Shown here: positions 9,482-18,200 of the stretch, one piece after another
Numbering within the stretch: the first letter of the stretch is position 1
Layout: every line of letters begins with the position of its first letter
NCBI GenBank assembly: GCA_031362565.1
Contig: JANLSU010000108.1
Span: forward strand, 1-32,250
DNA length: 32,250 nucleotides
DNA from: a bacterium
Lineage (GTDB): Bacteria > Krumholzibacteriota > Krumholzibacteriia > G020349025
Reading direction: 5' to 3'
The notes under the pieces: generated by a model
The model's input: only the letters and a program-made list of their open reading frames with translations
What the model was told of the DNA's origin: nothing
Database searches by the model: none
Translations under genes and position numbers: made by a program

Positions 9482-10336
9482 ATGGGACATGGTCGCGATT
9501 TTCGCCAGGTATGCACGTTCACACTCCTTGCATCCGTTGTCGCTGCTTCGGCACACGCCAATTTGATCGTCAATGGCAGCTTCGAAGCGGGTCCGGCGGC
9601 GCCCAACTCGGTCGAACTCACTGCCGGGTCGACCGCGATTTCGGGTTGGGTCGTGACGCCGTCGAATATCGACTACGTCGGATCCCTCTGGAGCGCGGCG
9701 CAGGGTGTCCACAGTATCGGTCTCAATGGCAGTTCGGCGGGCGGCATCGCCCAGACCTTTGCGACCGTTCCGAGCGCCAAATATATCGCGCGCTTCTGGA
9801 TTGCCGGGGACCCGCTCAGCTCGCCCGTCATCAAGCACGTGCGCGCTTCGGCGGCCGGCCAATCGCGAGATTTTGCGGTCGACATCAGCGGCATGTGGGC
9901 CTGGGATCCGGGCTGGGCCTCGCAGATGTTTCATTTCACCGCGAACACCGCCAGTACGACGCTTACTTTCTCGAGTCTCGAGACCGGCAGTACGGGCCCG
10001 TCGATCGATTCGGTGACGGTCTCGACGGCGAACCCCGTGGACGCGGGGCCGCTTGAAACGGTCGAGGCTGCTCTGTCGCGGATGGCGCCGAATCCCATCG
10101 TCGACGTGGGCCACGTGGACTTCGGCGTCACCCGTCCCGGCGCCGTGACGCTGCGCGTGCTCGATGTTGCAGGGCGCGAAGTGGCCGTGCTGGCGAAGGG
10201 CCGTTTCACACCCGGCGCGTATCACGCGAGTTGGGACGGCCACGACGGCGCCCGCCGGGCGCCCGCCGGGGTGTATCTCGTGGAACTGCGCACCGCCAAT
10301 GCACGGCGTGTGCAACGCGTCGTTCTGTTGCGGTAA
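9482..10336 (+). CDS. Secreted choice-of-anchor C (DUF642-like) protein with a C-terminal FlgD-Ig/T9SS-like domain
   Basis: Signal peptide ending AHA; NLIVNGSFE...GWVV...IDY...W...G..SI.LNG...GGIAQTFAT; C-terminal MAPNP...VLDVAGREV...WDG...AGVYLVEL. Confidence 0.85.
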   Translation: MGHGRDFRQVCTFTLLASVVAASAHANLIVNGSFEAGPAAPNSVELTAGSTAISGWVVTPSNIDYVGSLWSAAQGVHSIGLNGSSAGGIAQTFATVPSAKYIARFWIAGDPLSSPVIKHVRASAAGQSRDFAVDISGMWAWDPGWASQMFHFTANTASTTLTFSSLETGSTGPSIDSVTVSTANPVDAGPLETVEAALSRMAPNPIVDVGHVDFGVTRPGAVTLRVLDVAGREVAVLAKGRFTPGAYHASWDGHDGARRAPAGVYLVELRTANARRVQRVVLLR

Positions 10337-10373
10337 GTACGACGACTGATCGTAGAAATCGAACCCGACTCAC

Positions 10374-10411
10374 CAAAGAAACGGGCCCCAGCGTTGGGGC
10401 CCGTTGTCGTT
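10374..10411. terminator. Bidirectional intrinsic terminator
   Basis: Perfect 11-bp stem AACGGGCCCCA/TGGGGCCCGTT (10380-10405) with loop GCGT, A-rich left flank and GTCGTTT right flank, between convergent genes. Confidence 0.8.
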
Positions 10412-10439
10412 TGATCGGCAATTGCGATTCGCGCCGGTC

Positions 10440-10916
10440 TTACTGGTAGAGCGAGCGGACGCGTGACCAGGTGGCACTTTCGACGCCGACGGCGGTGAAG
10501 ATCTGACCGCGGATTTCGCCGCCCGGGAAGGTGGTCGAGTGGACGTTCTGGTACATGAGGCCGGCGTTCAGATTTGCTTCCTGAGCGGGGGTCAGCGGTC
10601 CGACGTTGATGGCGAAGGCGTCGGACGTCGCGCCGGCGCCGGACGTCGCGAACAGAACGGGACCGTTGGCGTTGGGGAGCGCGCAGCAGTGGACGTGCGA
10701 TGCGGTCCGGCTCGCCACGAGGCCCGTGTACGAGATCGTGCAGTGCAGGATCTTGCCGGCATCGAGGAAGAACGAGGCCGAGCCCGAGGCCGGCGATGCG
10801 TTCGGCGGATTTTCGCTGAGCCCACTGAGCGTTGCCACGTAGTTCTGCGCCGAAGCGGCGCTGGCGAAGACGGCGGTCAAAGCCGCGACGGCGAACAGAC
10901 GATGAACGAGGCGCAT
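10440..10916 (-). CDS. Secreted CHRD-domain protein with a short conserved C-terminal tag
   Basis: Signal peptide ending ASA; ATLSGLSENPPNASPASG, SHVHCC, YQNVHSTTFPGGEIRGQI (CHRD); ends VGVESATWSRVRSLYQ. Confidence 0.9.
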   Translation of the reverse strand: MRLVHRLFAVAALTAVFASAASAQNYVATLSGLSENPPNASPASGSASFFLDAGKILHCTISYTGLVASRTASHVHCCALPNANGPVLFATSGAGATSDAFAINVGPLTPAQEANLNAGLMYQNVHSTTFPGGEIRGQIFTAVGVESATWSRVRSLYQ

Positions 10917-11228
10917 GGCGGAGACCTCTTTCTGGTGCGCAAACGACATACCGGCACGCGGGGCGATCCGCGTCTCGGCGCTGTGAATCGAACCAAGGGC
11001 GGGTGACATTTCGGCTCCCGGTTCGAACTGAGGGTCGATGGTCAGGACCTTACCGCATGGCCGGAGCGGCCGTCAATTCCCCCTCCGGGAGGCGGCGCGG
11101 ACGCAGGCGCGCGGGCCGTCGAGGCATCCCGCCGCGTTAAATTTGGCGCTGCAATGGCGATCCGGCAGGGCGCGCCGGCGTCGAGCGGTCGGCGCGGTAG
11201 GTGGCGACGTGTGGCGGGACAGCCGGCT

Positions 11229-12701
11229 TCAGCGCGCCCGGGTTGTCGCCGCCGGCAATGGCCGCATGTCGTCGTATGCCTGTCCTGGAATCTCGAAGAA
11301 CGTGCGCGGCACGAGTTCGTAGCGCACCGACTCGATCACGGAGTCTTCGATCAAGTCGTTGTCGTGGTTCGAATCTTTGATCGGGTGCCACGACAATCGT
11401 GACCGGAGAATTACGCCGTCCGGGCGCTCCGCCGGCAGATCGATGCAGCGGCCGTCGAAGAGGTACAACGCCAGGCGATAGACCTCGTACATGTCGCGCG
11501 TCAGCTCCATGCCCTCCGTCGCCCAAACTTCGTTCTCGACCAGGAGGCGTGTTCCTTCGTCATCGGTCTTGCGCGCGGTGGCGGTGAATTGCGAGGTCAC
11601 GAAGCCCGCCATCGTCTCGCCCATGTGGCGATCGGTGAATTTCGGTGCACGCGGCGACAGCGCCAGGCTCGTGGCGGTCGTGGCGGAGTCGACGTACGCT
11701 TGCCAATCAGCGATGTCCTGCACTTGCCATGCACCATTCTTCGCATCGATGCGCGCCACTAACTGTTGGTGCACATCGACAATCAACTCGGTGTTGCCGT
11801 ACTGCAGGCGCGCCAAGCCGGGTCCAAAATAGTATGTGGCGTGCGCCGGCTGTTCCTCGTCGCTCCACTGAGTGGTTTCCTGGAGCACGACGCTTGGAAC
11901 TTGATCGACGCGACCGGGGCCACACCGCAATAGACCGACATCAATCCAACGGCATCGACGGCACGGATCGTGGAAGATTGGCATCGGCGGCGCATGATGT
12001 GGGCGGCGTCGCGGCACGGGAATCGTAAAGACATGGCCGGCTTGAATGGGAACGGGTTCGGCGACGAGCGGCGGCCCGGTACCGGGCTGCGGAGTCGTGA
12101 CGGGCCTCCCCGGCTGGCGCACCGGCACGCGCTCCGGCGCCGTGACGGGCTCGCCGTGCGGGCTTTGCACCGGAGTGCCTGGAACCGGCAGGGTGACCGG
12201 GTTGGGTAGGGTGCGCACGGGCTCCGGAGTCCGCGGCCGCGGCGCCGGGTTGGATGCAGAACCGCGCTCACGCGTTGGCGGTGGCGCTTGCGGCGTCGCC
12301 GGCGGCGGTTCGACGATCAAACGCCGCCGCTCGTGGACCGGCGGCGCGACGTGCGGGGATTCGCGCCCGGGTGCGGTGCGTGGCGCCGGCGCGGGTGCCG
12401 CTGGCGCTGGCGCTGCCGGTGCGGGGGCCGGGGCAGCTGGCTCCTGAGCGGCGGGTGCCGGCGGTGCTTGTGCGGGTTGTGACGGGGGCACATCCGGTGG
12501 CGTTGGCGCGGGGGCCGGCGGCTGTGCCTGTGCCGGCGCCGGCGATTCCTGCGGCGGCGCAGCCTCGGGTTTTTCGATCGATCGGGTCGGGCTGGCGGCG
12601 GACGCCGGGACCACGCTCAACGCGGTTCCAATTGCGAGTGCCATCGCAGCGACGAACGCCGCGGCAAACACCGGAACTTGCTTGCGGATCGATCGAGCCA
12701 C
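11229..12701 (-). CDS. Exported Pro/Ala-rich protein with a C-terminal DUF4412-like domain
   Basis: GAAGGGGG RBS and GTG at 12701; signal peptide; long PAPA/PQ low-complexity region; C-terminal GETMAGFVTSQF...EVWAT...FFEIP..Y pattern. Confidence 0.65.
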   Translation of the reverse strand: MARSIRKQVPVFAAAFVAAMALAIGTALSVVPASAASPTRSIEKPEAAPPQESPAPAQAQPPAPAPTPPDVPPSQPAQAPPAPAAQEPAAPAPAPAAPAPAAPAPAPRTAPGRESPHVAPPVHERRRLIVEPPPATPQAPPPTRERGSASNPAPRPRTPEPVRTLPNPVTLPVPGTPVQSPHGEPVTAPERVPVRQPGRPVTTPQPGTGPPLVAEPVPIQAGHVFTIPVPRRRPHHAPPMPIFHDPCRRCRWIDVGLLRCGPGRVDQVPSVVLQETTQWSDEEQPAHATYYFGPGLARLQYGNTELIVDVHQQLVARIDAKNGAWQVQDIADWQAYVDSATTATSLALSPRAPKFTDRHMGETMAGFVTSQFTATARKTDDEGTRLLVENEVWATEGMELTRDMYEVYRLALYLFDGRCIDLPAERPDGVILRSRLSWHPIKDSNHDNDLIEDSVIESVRYELVPRTFFEIPGQAYDDMRPLPAATTRAR

Positions 12702-13311
12702 CGCAGAACCCCCTTCGTTCTCCCTCGGCAATCGTGCGAGGTCGCTGTTTCTATCGCCGGCCGCGCCTTGCTTCAGGTCCGGATCACAGGGGAGTGGCCA
12801 CATCATAGCAGATCGCCAGAGCTCAGCTCCCGGCGCCCATCGGCTCGGTGGATCTACCCGCGCTCCTTCTGAGGTATTCCATCCCACTCGGTGAGACCCT
12901 GCGGAGGACGACGGAGTTCCCTCGCGCCGATCGAACGCCCCCGCCCGTTTACTGGCTGGTCGATCGAGGGTCGCTCACTGGCGGGCGTCGATTGGCAGCG
13001 TCATCTCGTTCGAGTGTCAACTCCGTCGACACTTCGCCCCAACTCCAGTTGACGATTTCTCTCGCGCCAACTCTCAAGAACCAGCGCCTAGAGCCTCTTT
13101 CTGTCTGCGCGGCACATGGCCGGCGTCTTGCGAGGATTGATTCGACCGTGTGCGTCGTCGGCGCCCATCGAGCGCCGCCGTGTTCATTGAAATCAGCCAC
13201 AGTCCCAGAGACTGAGCGCAGACGTTCTCCAAGCCGACTGGCCTCGCGTCGCGTTGGCCGTCGAGGGCAGCGAAAGCTCCGTCCTGCGCCAGTGTCAACG
13301 TCAGGGTTAGA

Positions 13312-13360
13312 GCCCGCGCCAGCGCCCGCGCCCGCGCCCGCTGTCAACGTCGTTGACAGC
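13312..13360. repeat. GCGCCC tandem hexamers followed by a 21-bp palindrome GCTGTCAACG-T-CGTTGACAGC
   Basis: Read directly from the sequence; palindrome at 13340-13360. Confidence 0.8.
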
Positions 13361-13424
13361 TCCGGGCCTATCCATGCGGGTGGCAGTGTCGAGTGTCCGT
13401 CGTGCGAACGACATCCGAAGATCA

Positions 13425-13583
13425 CTGTCCCGACGTGATCCGTCCTCGTCGCCGCAGTCGAAAAGTACTCGTTCTAGAACGAGTACTTGCAAGATGACAC
13501 GGCGGTGAAGGAGGCCGGTTCAAGCACGCCGCCCAGCAGAAGACAGCCTCGATGCGCGGGCTGCTGTCCCGACGTGATCCGTC
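13425..13583. repeat. 20-bp direct repeat CTGTCCCGACGTGATCCGTC (13425-13444 and 13564-13583) enclosing a 26-bp perfect palindrome (13463-13488)
   Basis: Exact match of both copies; palindrome AAGTACTCGTTCT|AGAACGAGTACTT. Confidence 0.85.
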
Positions 13584-13651
13584 GGTGTCGGCGTGGTCGT
13601 GGGCGTCGTCCTCGTCGTCGTCGTCGGCGGCAGAGACGCCGGCGCGCCCGC

Positions 13652-14818
13652 TTACAGCACGCCCGACGGTGGGTTGGGCAGGCCCTCGGCGAAGCGCGAG
13701 GGGCGGAGCGGGTGGGCGTCGAAGTTGAGCGTGCCGCCGTCCAGGATCATTTCGGCGATGAGCTGGCCGATGGCTGGGGCGTGCATGACGCCGTGGCCGG
13801 AGTTGCCGGTGGCCAGATACAGGCCTTTGACTTCGGGCACGGGGCCGACGAGGGCGTGCTTGTCGGGGGTCATTTCATAGAGACCGGCGTGACAGGCTTC
13901 GAGGTCGATGCTTGCCGATGCCAGGCAGGGCACGCGCTCGCGGGCGGTGGCGAGTAGCGGCTCGAGCCATTGCGCATCGAATGTCGTGGCGAAGGGATCG
14001 GGTGACGGCGGCACGTCGGGTTTCAAGAGCAGCACTCGGCCGTCGCGGACGCGGAGGTGGAAACCGTCGTTGCACCAAATCGTCATCGGCATCGTGGCTG
14101 GGAGTGCGGCGAAGGGTTCGGTGACGGCGATTTGGCGGCGCTCGGGTTCGACGGGAATCGTCACACCGTGCGCGGCGAGCTGGCCGGACCAGGCGCCGGC
14201 AGCGATGATGATGGTTTGGGTCGCGACCGAATGGGCGCCGAAGTCGACGCCGGTGATGCGGCGCTTGCCGGCGCGTTCTTCCATGCGCCAGCGCACCGGG
14301 CCGCAGGCGAATTCGAAGTGCACGTTGCGGCGGCGGGCGGCCGCCGCGTAGCCGTGCAAAATATCGAGGGGACGGAGGAAACCGTCGGTGGGACAGAACG
14401 TACCGCCCAGGACGCCGGTGAGGTCGGCGTGCGGATTGAGTGCTTGCGTATCGGCGCGTGAGACCTCGCGCGCTTCGGTGAGGCCGCATTTTCGTTGCAG
14501 CGCCAAGGCCGCGCGGAGGGCGGCGAGCTGTCCGGCGTCGGTCGCCAAGAAAAGATAACCAGCGGGGGTGTAGCCCGGGTCCACACCGATTTCGTCGCGG
14601 AAGCGCCGCAGCTTTTCGCGCGCCAGAAGCGACAAGCGGATATTGACTTCACTCGCGAACTGGCAGCGAAAGCCGCCGGTGGCGCGCGCCGTGCTGCCGG
14701 CGCCGAGCTCCGGTGCCCGCTCCAGTACGAGCACGGAGACACCGCTGTGCTCGGACAGGTGGGCGGCGATGCTGGTGCCGACGACACCGGCGCCGATAAT
14801 GACAATATCAGGCTGCAT
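13652..14818 (-). CDS. FAD-dependent oxidoreductase, DadA/sarcosine oxidase beta/glycine oxidase family
   Basis: DIVIIGAGVVG Rossmann motif; GSTARATGGFR; IAAGAWS; AGLYEMTPD; GNSGHGVMHAPAIG. Confidence 0.9.
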   Translation of the reverse strand: MQPDIVIIGAGVVGTSIAAHLSEHSGVSVLVLERAPELGAGSTARATGGFRCQFASEVNIRLSLLAREKLRRFRDEIGVDPGYTPAGYLFLATDAGQLAALRAALALQRKCGLTEAREVSRADTQALNPHADLTGVLGGTFCPTDGFLRPLDILHGYAAAARRRNVHFEFACGPVRWRMEERAGKRRITGVDFGAHSVATQTIIIAAGAWSGQLAAHGVTIPVEPERRQIAVTEPFAALPATMPMTIWCNDGFHLRVRDGRVLLLKPDVPPSPDPFATTFDAQWLEPLLATARERVPCLASASIDLEACHAGLYEMTPDKHALVGPVPEVKGLYLATGNSGHGVMHAPAIGQLIAEMILDGGTLNFDAHPLRPSRFAEGLPNPPSGVL

Positions 14819-15818
14819 TTTGTCCCTGCTCTCGTGGCCGTACGTGCAGGAACGCGACGCCGCCCGCGAGCATGGTCGGAAGCACCTGAATGGCATGGTA
14901 GGCGAGCGCGAAAGCGAGGGCGCGTTCGGGCGTGAACCCGGCGAGGGCGAGTGCAAACACCGTCGCGGCTTCGAACGGGCCGAGGCCGCCCGGCGTTGTC
15001 GGCACGATGAGCGCAACGTCGATGGCGAGGATGACCAGGAACGCCACCCACAGGTTGACGTGCACGCCGACGGCGTACGCGGCGCAGATCAGAATGCCGG
15101 CGTCCGCATAGCGGGCGGCGAGCGTCACGATGCCAACGATGAGTGCGCCAGGGCCCGATCGGAGTGCCGAGGCGCCACGTCCGAGCCAGGCCGCGAACGA
15201 TTGCACCCGGTGCCCGTGGAAGACGACGAGAATGGCGAGCAGTGTCGCCACGCCGGCGGCGACTGCGAGCCATCCGAAGCCGCGCCGCACTGAGTGCGGC
15301 AGATCGAGCATCCACGGCAGCGGCATGGCGACGAGAATCAAGCTGGTCGTTTCGGTGGCGGCCTCCATCACTTGGATGCCGGCCGAGGTCGCCAGCGAAA
15401 TGCCATGCTCGCGCACCAGCGTTGCCCGCAGCACTTCGCCGGCGCGCGCCGGCAGCACGCTCGACGCGGCGCTCGCCATCAAGGTGTAGAGGTACGTGCG
15501 CCTAAAAGGCACCCGGCCGTGCGGGCGCAGCATCACATACCAGCGAACGGCCTTGAGACCCAAGTGCAGAGCGAGATTGCCGATCGCCGCCAGGATCAAG
15601 AAGCGCCAGTCGGCATGGGCGAGGGTCTTGCGAGTGGCGCTCAGATTGAGTTTCAGCAGCGCGTAGATGCAGAACCCGAGCACGAGGATCGAAAGCGCGA
15701 TGCGGCCCCAAAAGAAACGCCGGCGCCCACCCAAGGTGAACGCCGGCGCGTCATCGGGTGCGAGGCGCGGCGGCCCGTTCCCAGTGGGGCGCTCCGCATC
15801 GGCCTCGCTCGAACTCAT
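14808..15818 (-). CDS. Lysylphosphatidylglycerol synthase TM-domain (flippase-like, YbhN/AglD2) protein
   Basis: LKAVRW, VLPARAGEVLRA, PTTPGGLGPFEAA, ALAFALAYHA; multiple TM helices; ATGA overlap with the upstream stop. Confidence 0.88.
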   Translation of the reverse strand: MSSSEADAERPTGNGPPRLAPDDAPAFTLGGRRRFFWGRIALSILVLGFCIYALLKLNLSATRKTLAHADWRFLILAAIGNLALHLGLKAVRWYVMLRPHGRVPFRRTYLYTLMASAASSVLPARAGEVLRATLVREHGISLATSAGIQVMEAATETTSLILVAMPLPWMLDLPHSVRRGFGWLAVAAGVATLLAILVVFHGHRVQSFAAWLGRGASALRSGPGALIVGIVTLAARYADAGILICAAYAVGVHVNLWVAFLVILAIDVALIVPTTPGGLGPFEAATVFALALAGFTPERALAFALAYHAIQVLPTMLAGGVAFLHVRPREQGQNAA

Positions 15819-17152
15819 CCGATTCCCAACGCTTGGCTTTGCTCGCGCAAGACCTCGTCCAGGATCGAACACGCTTCGGCGGCGACGGCGCTCGGCACAT
15901 TGAGCGGCGGATACAAGCGAATGCTCGAACCACTCACCATGACGAGCAAGCCGCGGCGCGCGAGTGCCTTGTAGACCTCGCCCAACTGTTCTTTCGAGAG
16001 CGGCCGGTGCTCGTCGGGCGAACCCAGTTCGATGCCGATCATCAAGCCACGGCCTTGCACGGCGGTCACCATCGGAACCTTGCCGACGAGCGACTGCAGG
16101 TTGGTGCGGATCTCGCCGCCGACCCGCCCCGCATTCTCGACCAAGCCCTCACGCTCGAAAATGTCGAGGGTCGCCTGCACGGCGCGGGCGGCAAGTGGGA
16201 AGCCGCCGTAGCTGGACGAGCTGTGGCTGGGATTGGCGTACGGCGCCGCGGCCATGATCTTGGACGACGAAATGACCGCCGTCACCGGATAGCCGCCGCC
16301 CATGCCCTTGCCGACGATCATGATGTCGGCCTTCACGCCATCGTATTCCGAACAGAACATGCGGCCCGTGCGCCCGAAGCCGGTGAGCGTTTCGTCGATG
16401 ATGAACAGCGCCTTGTGGTCGTCCGCCATGCGGCGCAGTTCTTTTAGATAACCTTCCGGCGGCACGAGATTGCCGGCGCGGCCCTGAATAGGCTCGACGA
16501 TAATGGCGGCCAGCGAGTCGGCTGAATCGCGCTTCAATCGTTCGCGCGCTTGATCGACGCAGGCGAATTCGCAACTGGGGAACTTGAGGCGCAGCGAACA
16601 CTGGCTACAATATGCATACGGCGTGCTGTGGAAACCCGGCGCCACCGGACCCAGGCCGCGTTTCTCACCGTCGGTGAGCGCCAGGGCGCCCATCGTCTTG
16701 CCGTGAAAACCGTTCCAGAAACTCAGGAACTCGAATTTCTTGGTGTAGGACTTGGCGAGGCGGAGAGCCGCTTCGACTGCTTCGGCGCCGGTCGAGTAAA
16801 GCTGCACGCGATCGAGCTCGGGCGGCAGGACGCGCTTCAGTGCTTCGAGCATCTCGGCGCGCGCCGCCGAGCTGAAACCGCCGACCGTCCATTCGGACAT
16901 CTGGCGCGACATCGCCTCGACCCAGCGCGGGTGCGCATGGCCGATGCTGTTGACGCCGCTGGCACCGAAAAAATCGAGATAGCGGCGGCCGTCTTGATCG
17001 AAGAGGAACGTCCCTTCGCCGCGCGCGATCGACAGCTGCGACCACAGCACGACCTGCTGCAACCCGGGACCGAGCATGCTTTGCTCGCGCTCCCAAGCCA
17101 CGCGGGTGCGCGGTCCGGGCATGCCGAAATTCGTTCGAGTGTCCACGGACAT
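15815..17152 (-). CDS. Class III PLP-dependent aminotransferase (GabT/ArgD family)
   Basis: DGRRYLDF, STGAEAVEAALR, FHGKT, IVEPIQGRAG, IDETLTGFGRTG, PLP lysine in VGKGMGGG, QGRGLMIGIE; AAGGAG RBS. Confidence 0.92.
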   Translation of the reverse strand: MSVDTRTNFGMPGPRTRVAWEREQSMLGPGLQQVVLWSQLSIARGEGTFLFDQDGRRYLDFFGASGVNSIGHAHPRWVEAMSRQMSEWTVGGFSSAARAEMLEALKRVLPPELDRVQLYSTGAEAVEAALRLAKSYTKKFEFLSFWNGFHGKTMGALALTDGEKRGLGPVAPGFHSTPYAYCSQCSLRLKFPSCEFACVDQARERLKRDSADSLAAIIVEPIQGRAGNLVPPEGYLKELRRMADDHKALFIIDETLTGFGRTGRMFCSEYDGVKADIMIVGKGMGGGYPVTAVISSSKIMAAAPYANPSHSSSSYGGFPLAARAVQATLDIFEREGLVENAGRVGGEIRTNLQSLVGKVPMVTAVQGRGLMIGIELGSPDEHRPLSKEQLGEVYKALARRGLLVMVSGSSIRLYPPLNVPSAVAAEACSILDEVLREQSQALGIG

Positions 17153-17212
17153 TCCGGGTGTCTCCTTGTCGATGCTGTGGGCGTGCCGGCCGTGTGCCTG
17201 GCGCGCTCCAGA

Positions 17213-17989
17213 CTACGCCCGGCGCGCGTCGCGAGTGGAGTCGCGACGGACAACGAGCGCCCGATAGACGAGCCGCGTGCGCTGCACGGCGGTGACGAAC
17301 GAGAAGAAACCGATGACGGTGAGGGCGCCGAGCAGCACATGGCAGCGCGGCGTGACGGCGTCGGGTTCGATCCACCGGGCGGCGAGTGGCCCGATGAGAA
17401 GCCCGAGGCAGAGCCAGATGATGCGTTCGTGGCGTTGCATCCAGCCGACAGCGCAGTCGACTGACATGGCCTCGCCCTTGGCGCGGACATAGCTGACGAG
17501 CAGCGAACCCACGAGGGCGATGCAGACGAGCACGAAGGCAAGCGAGTCTTCGCGGTAGTAATAGAGCAATCCGAGGAACGCGGCCGCGTCGTTGACGCGG
17601 TCGGCGGTTGCATCCAAGAGTTCGCCCGCGTCGGACGCGGTGCCGGTCTCGCGCGCGATGATCCCGTCGAGGGTATCGAGCGACGATCCGAGGAGCAGCA
17701 TCCAGCCGCCGAAAATGAGTTCGCCGCGCGCGACCAGGACTGCCGCCGCGACGCTCAGGACGACTGAGAGCGCCGTACAGACGTTGGCGGTGATACCGAC
17801 CCGCATCGCGCCATGGGCCATGACCCGGGCGAGCTGGAAACCGGCTTCCACAAAGGGCCTGGGGACGAACGGTGACGAGGCCATTTTGTCGGTGCGCGCG
17901 TCACGCAACCGGCGGATGCCGCGCATTTTGGTGGCGACCGTTCCGCCGACCAGCATCGCGGCGCCGAGAGGGAGGAGTCTTTCGATCAT
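17213..17989 (-). CDS. CDP-alcohol phosphatidyltransferase (PI/PIP-synthase-like)
   Basis: ITANVCT; signature DTLDGIIARETGTASDAGELLDATADRVND; LVSYVRAKGEA...GWMQRHER. Confidence 0.9.
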   Translation of the reverse strand: MIERLLPLGAAMLVGGTVATKMRGIRRLRDARTDKMASSPFVPRPFVEAGFQLARVMAHGAMRVGITANVCTALSVVLSVAAAVLVARGELIFGGWMLLLGSSLDTLDGIIARETGTASDAGELLDATADRVNDAAAFLGLLYYYREDSLAFVLVCIALVGSLLVSYVRAKGEAMSVDCAVGWMQRHERIIWLCLGLLIGPLAARWIEPDAVTPRCHVLLGALTVIGFFSFVTAVQRTRLVYRALVVRRDSTRDARRA

Positions 17990-18200
17990 CAGGAATGAAC
18001 TCGCAACTGGAATTCGTGGGCCCAGGAACTCTATAGTCGAGCCGCGTAGGCACTGGCTCGATTCGGTGCAGGCTACCATCCGCCAGGCGCCCCGTCCACC
18101 GCCTTCGACTCCTGTCGGGTCTGGAGTCCAGGGGCCTCGAACCGGCGGGGCCCATTCAACCCCAAGAATCGACCGCCGGACGACTCAAAGGAGCCCGCGA

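Noticed and set aside
10920..11228. Riboswitch or ncRNA in the ~310-bp gap upstream of the CHRD gene
   Set aside because: No recognisable consensus by eye; an Rfam/Infernal search would be needed.
11945..11970. CRRCR as a heme c attachment motif
   Set aside because: It lacks the His of CxxCH.
12848..13438. ORFs 12848..13438 (+) and 12949..13425 (-)
   Set aside because: No recognisable motifs or RBS, and they run through simple repeats. A decayed gene cannot be excluded.
13425..13583. Possible CRISPR array
   Set aside because: Only two 20-bp copies, a 119-bp spacer, and no cas genes in the window.
17592..18200. N-terminal extension of ORF 17592..19211
   Set aside because: Overlaps the phosphatidyltransferase on the opposite strand. 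The Rossmann motif and RBS place the start at 18201.
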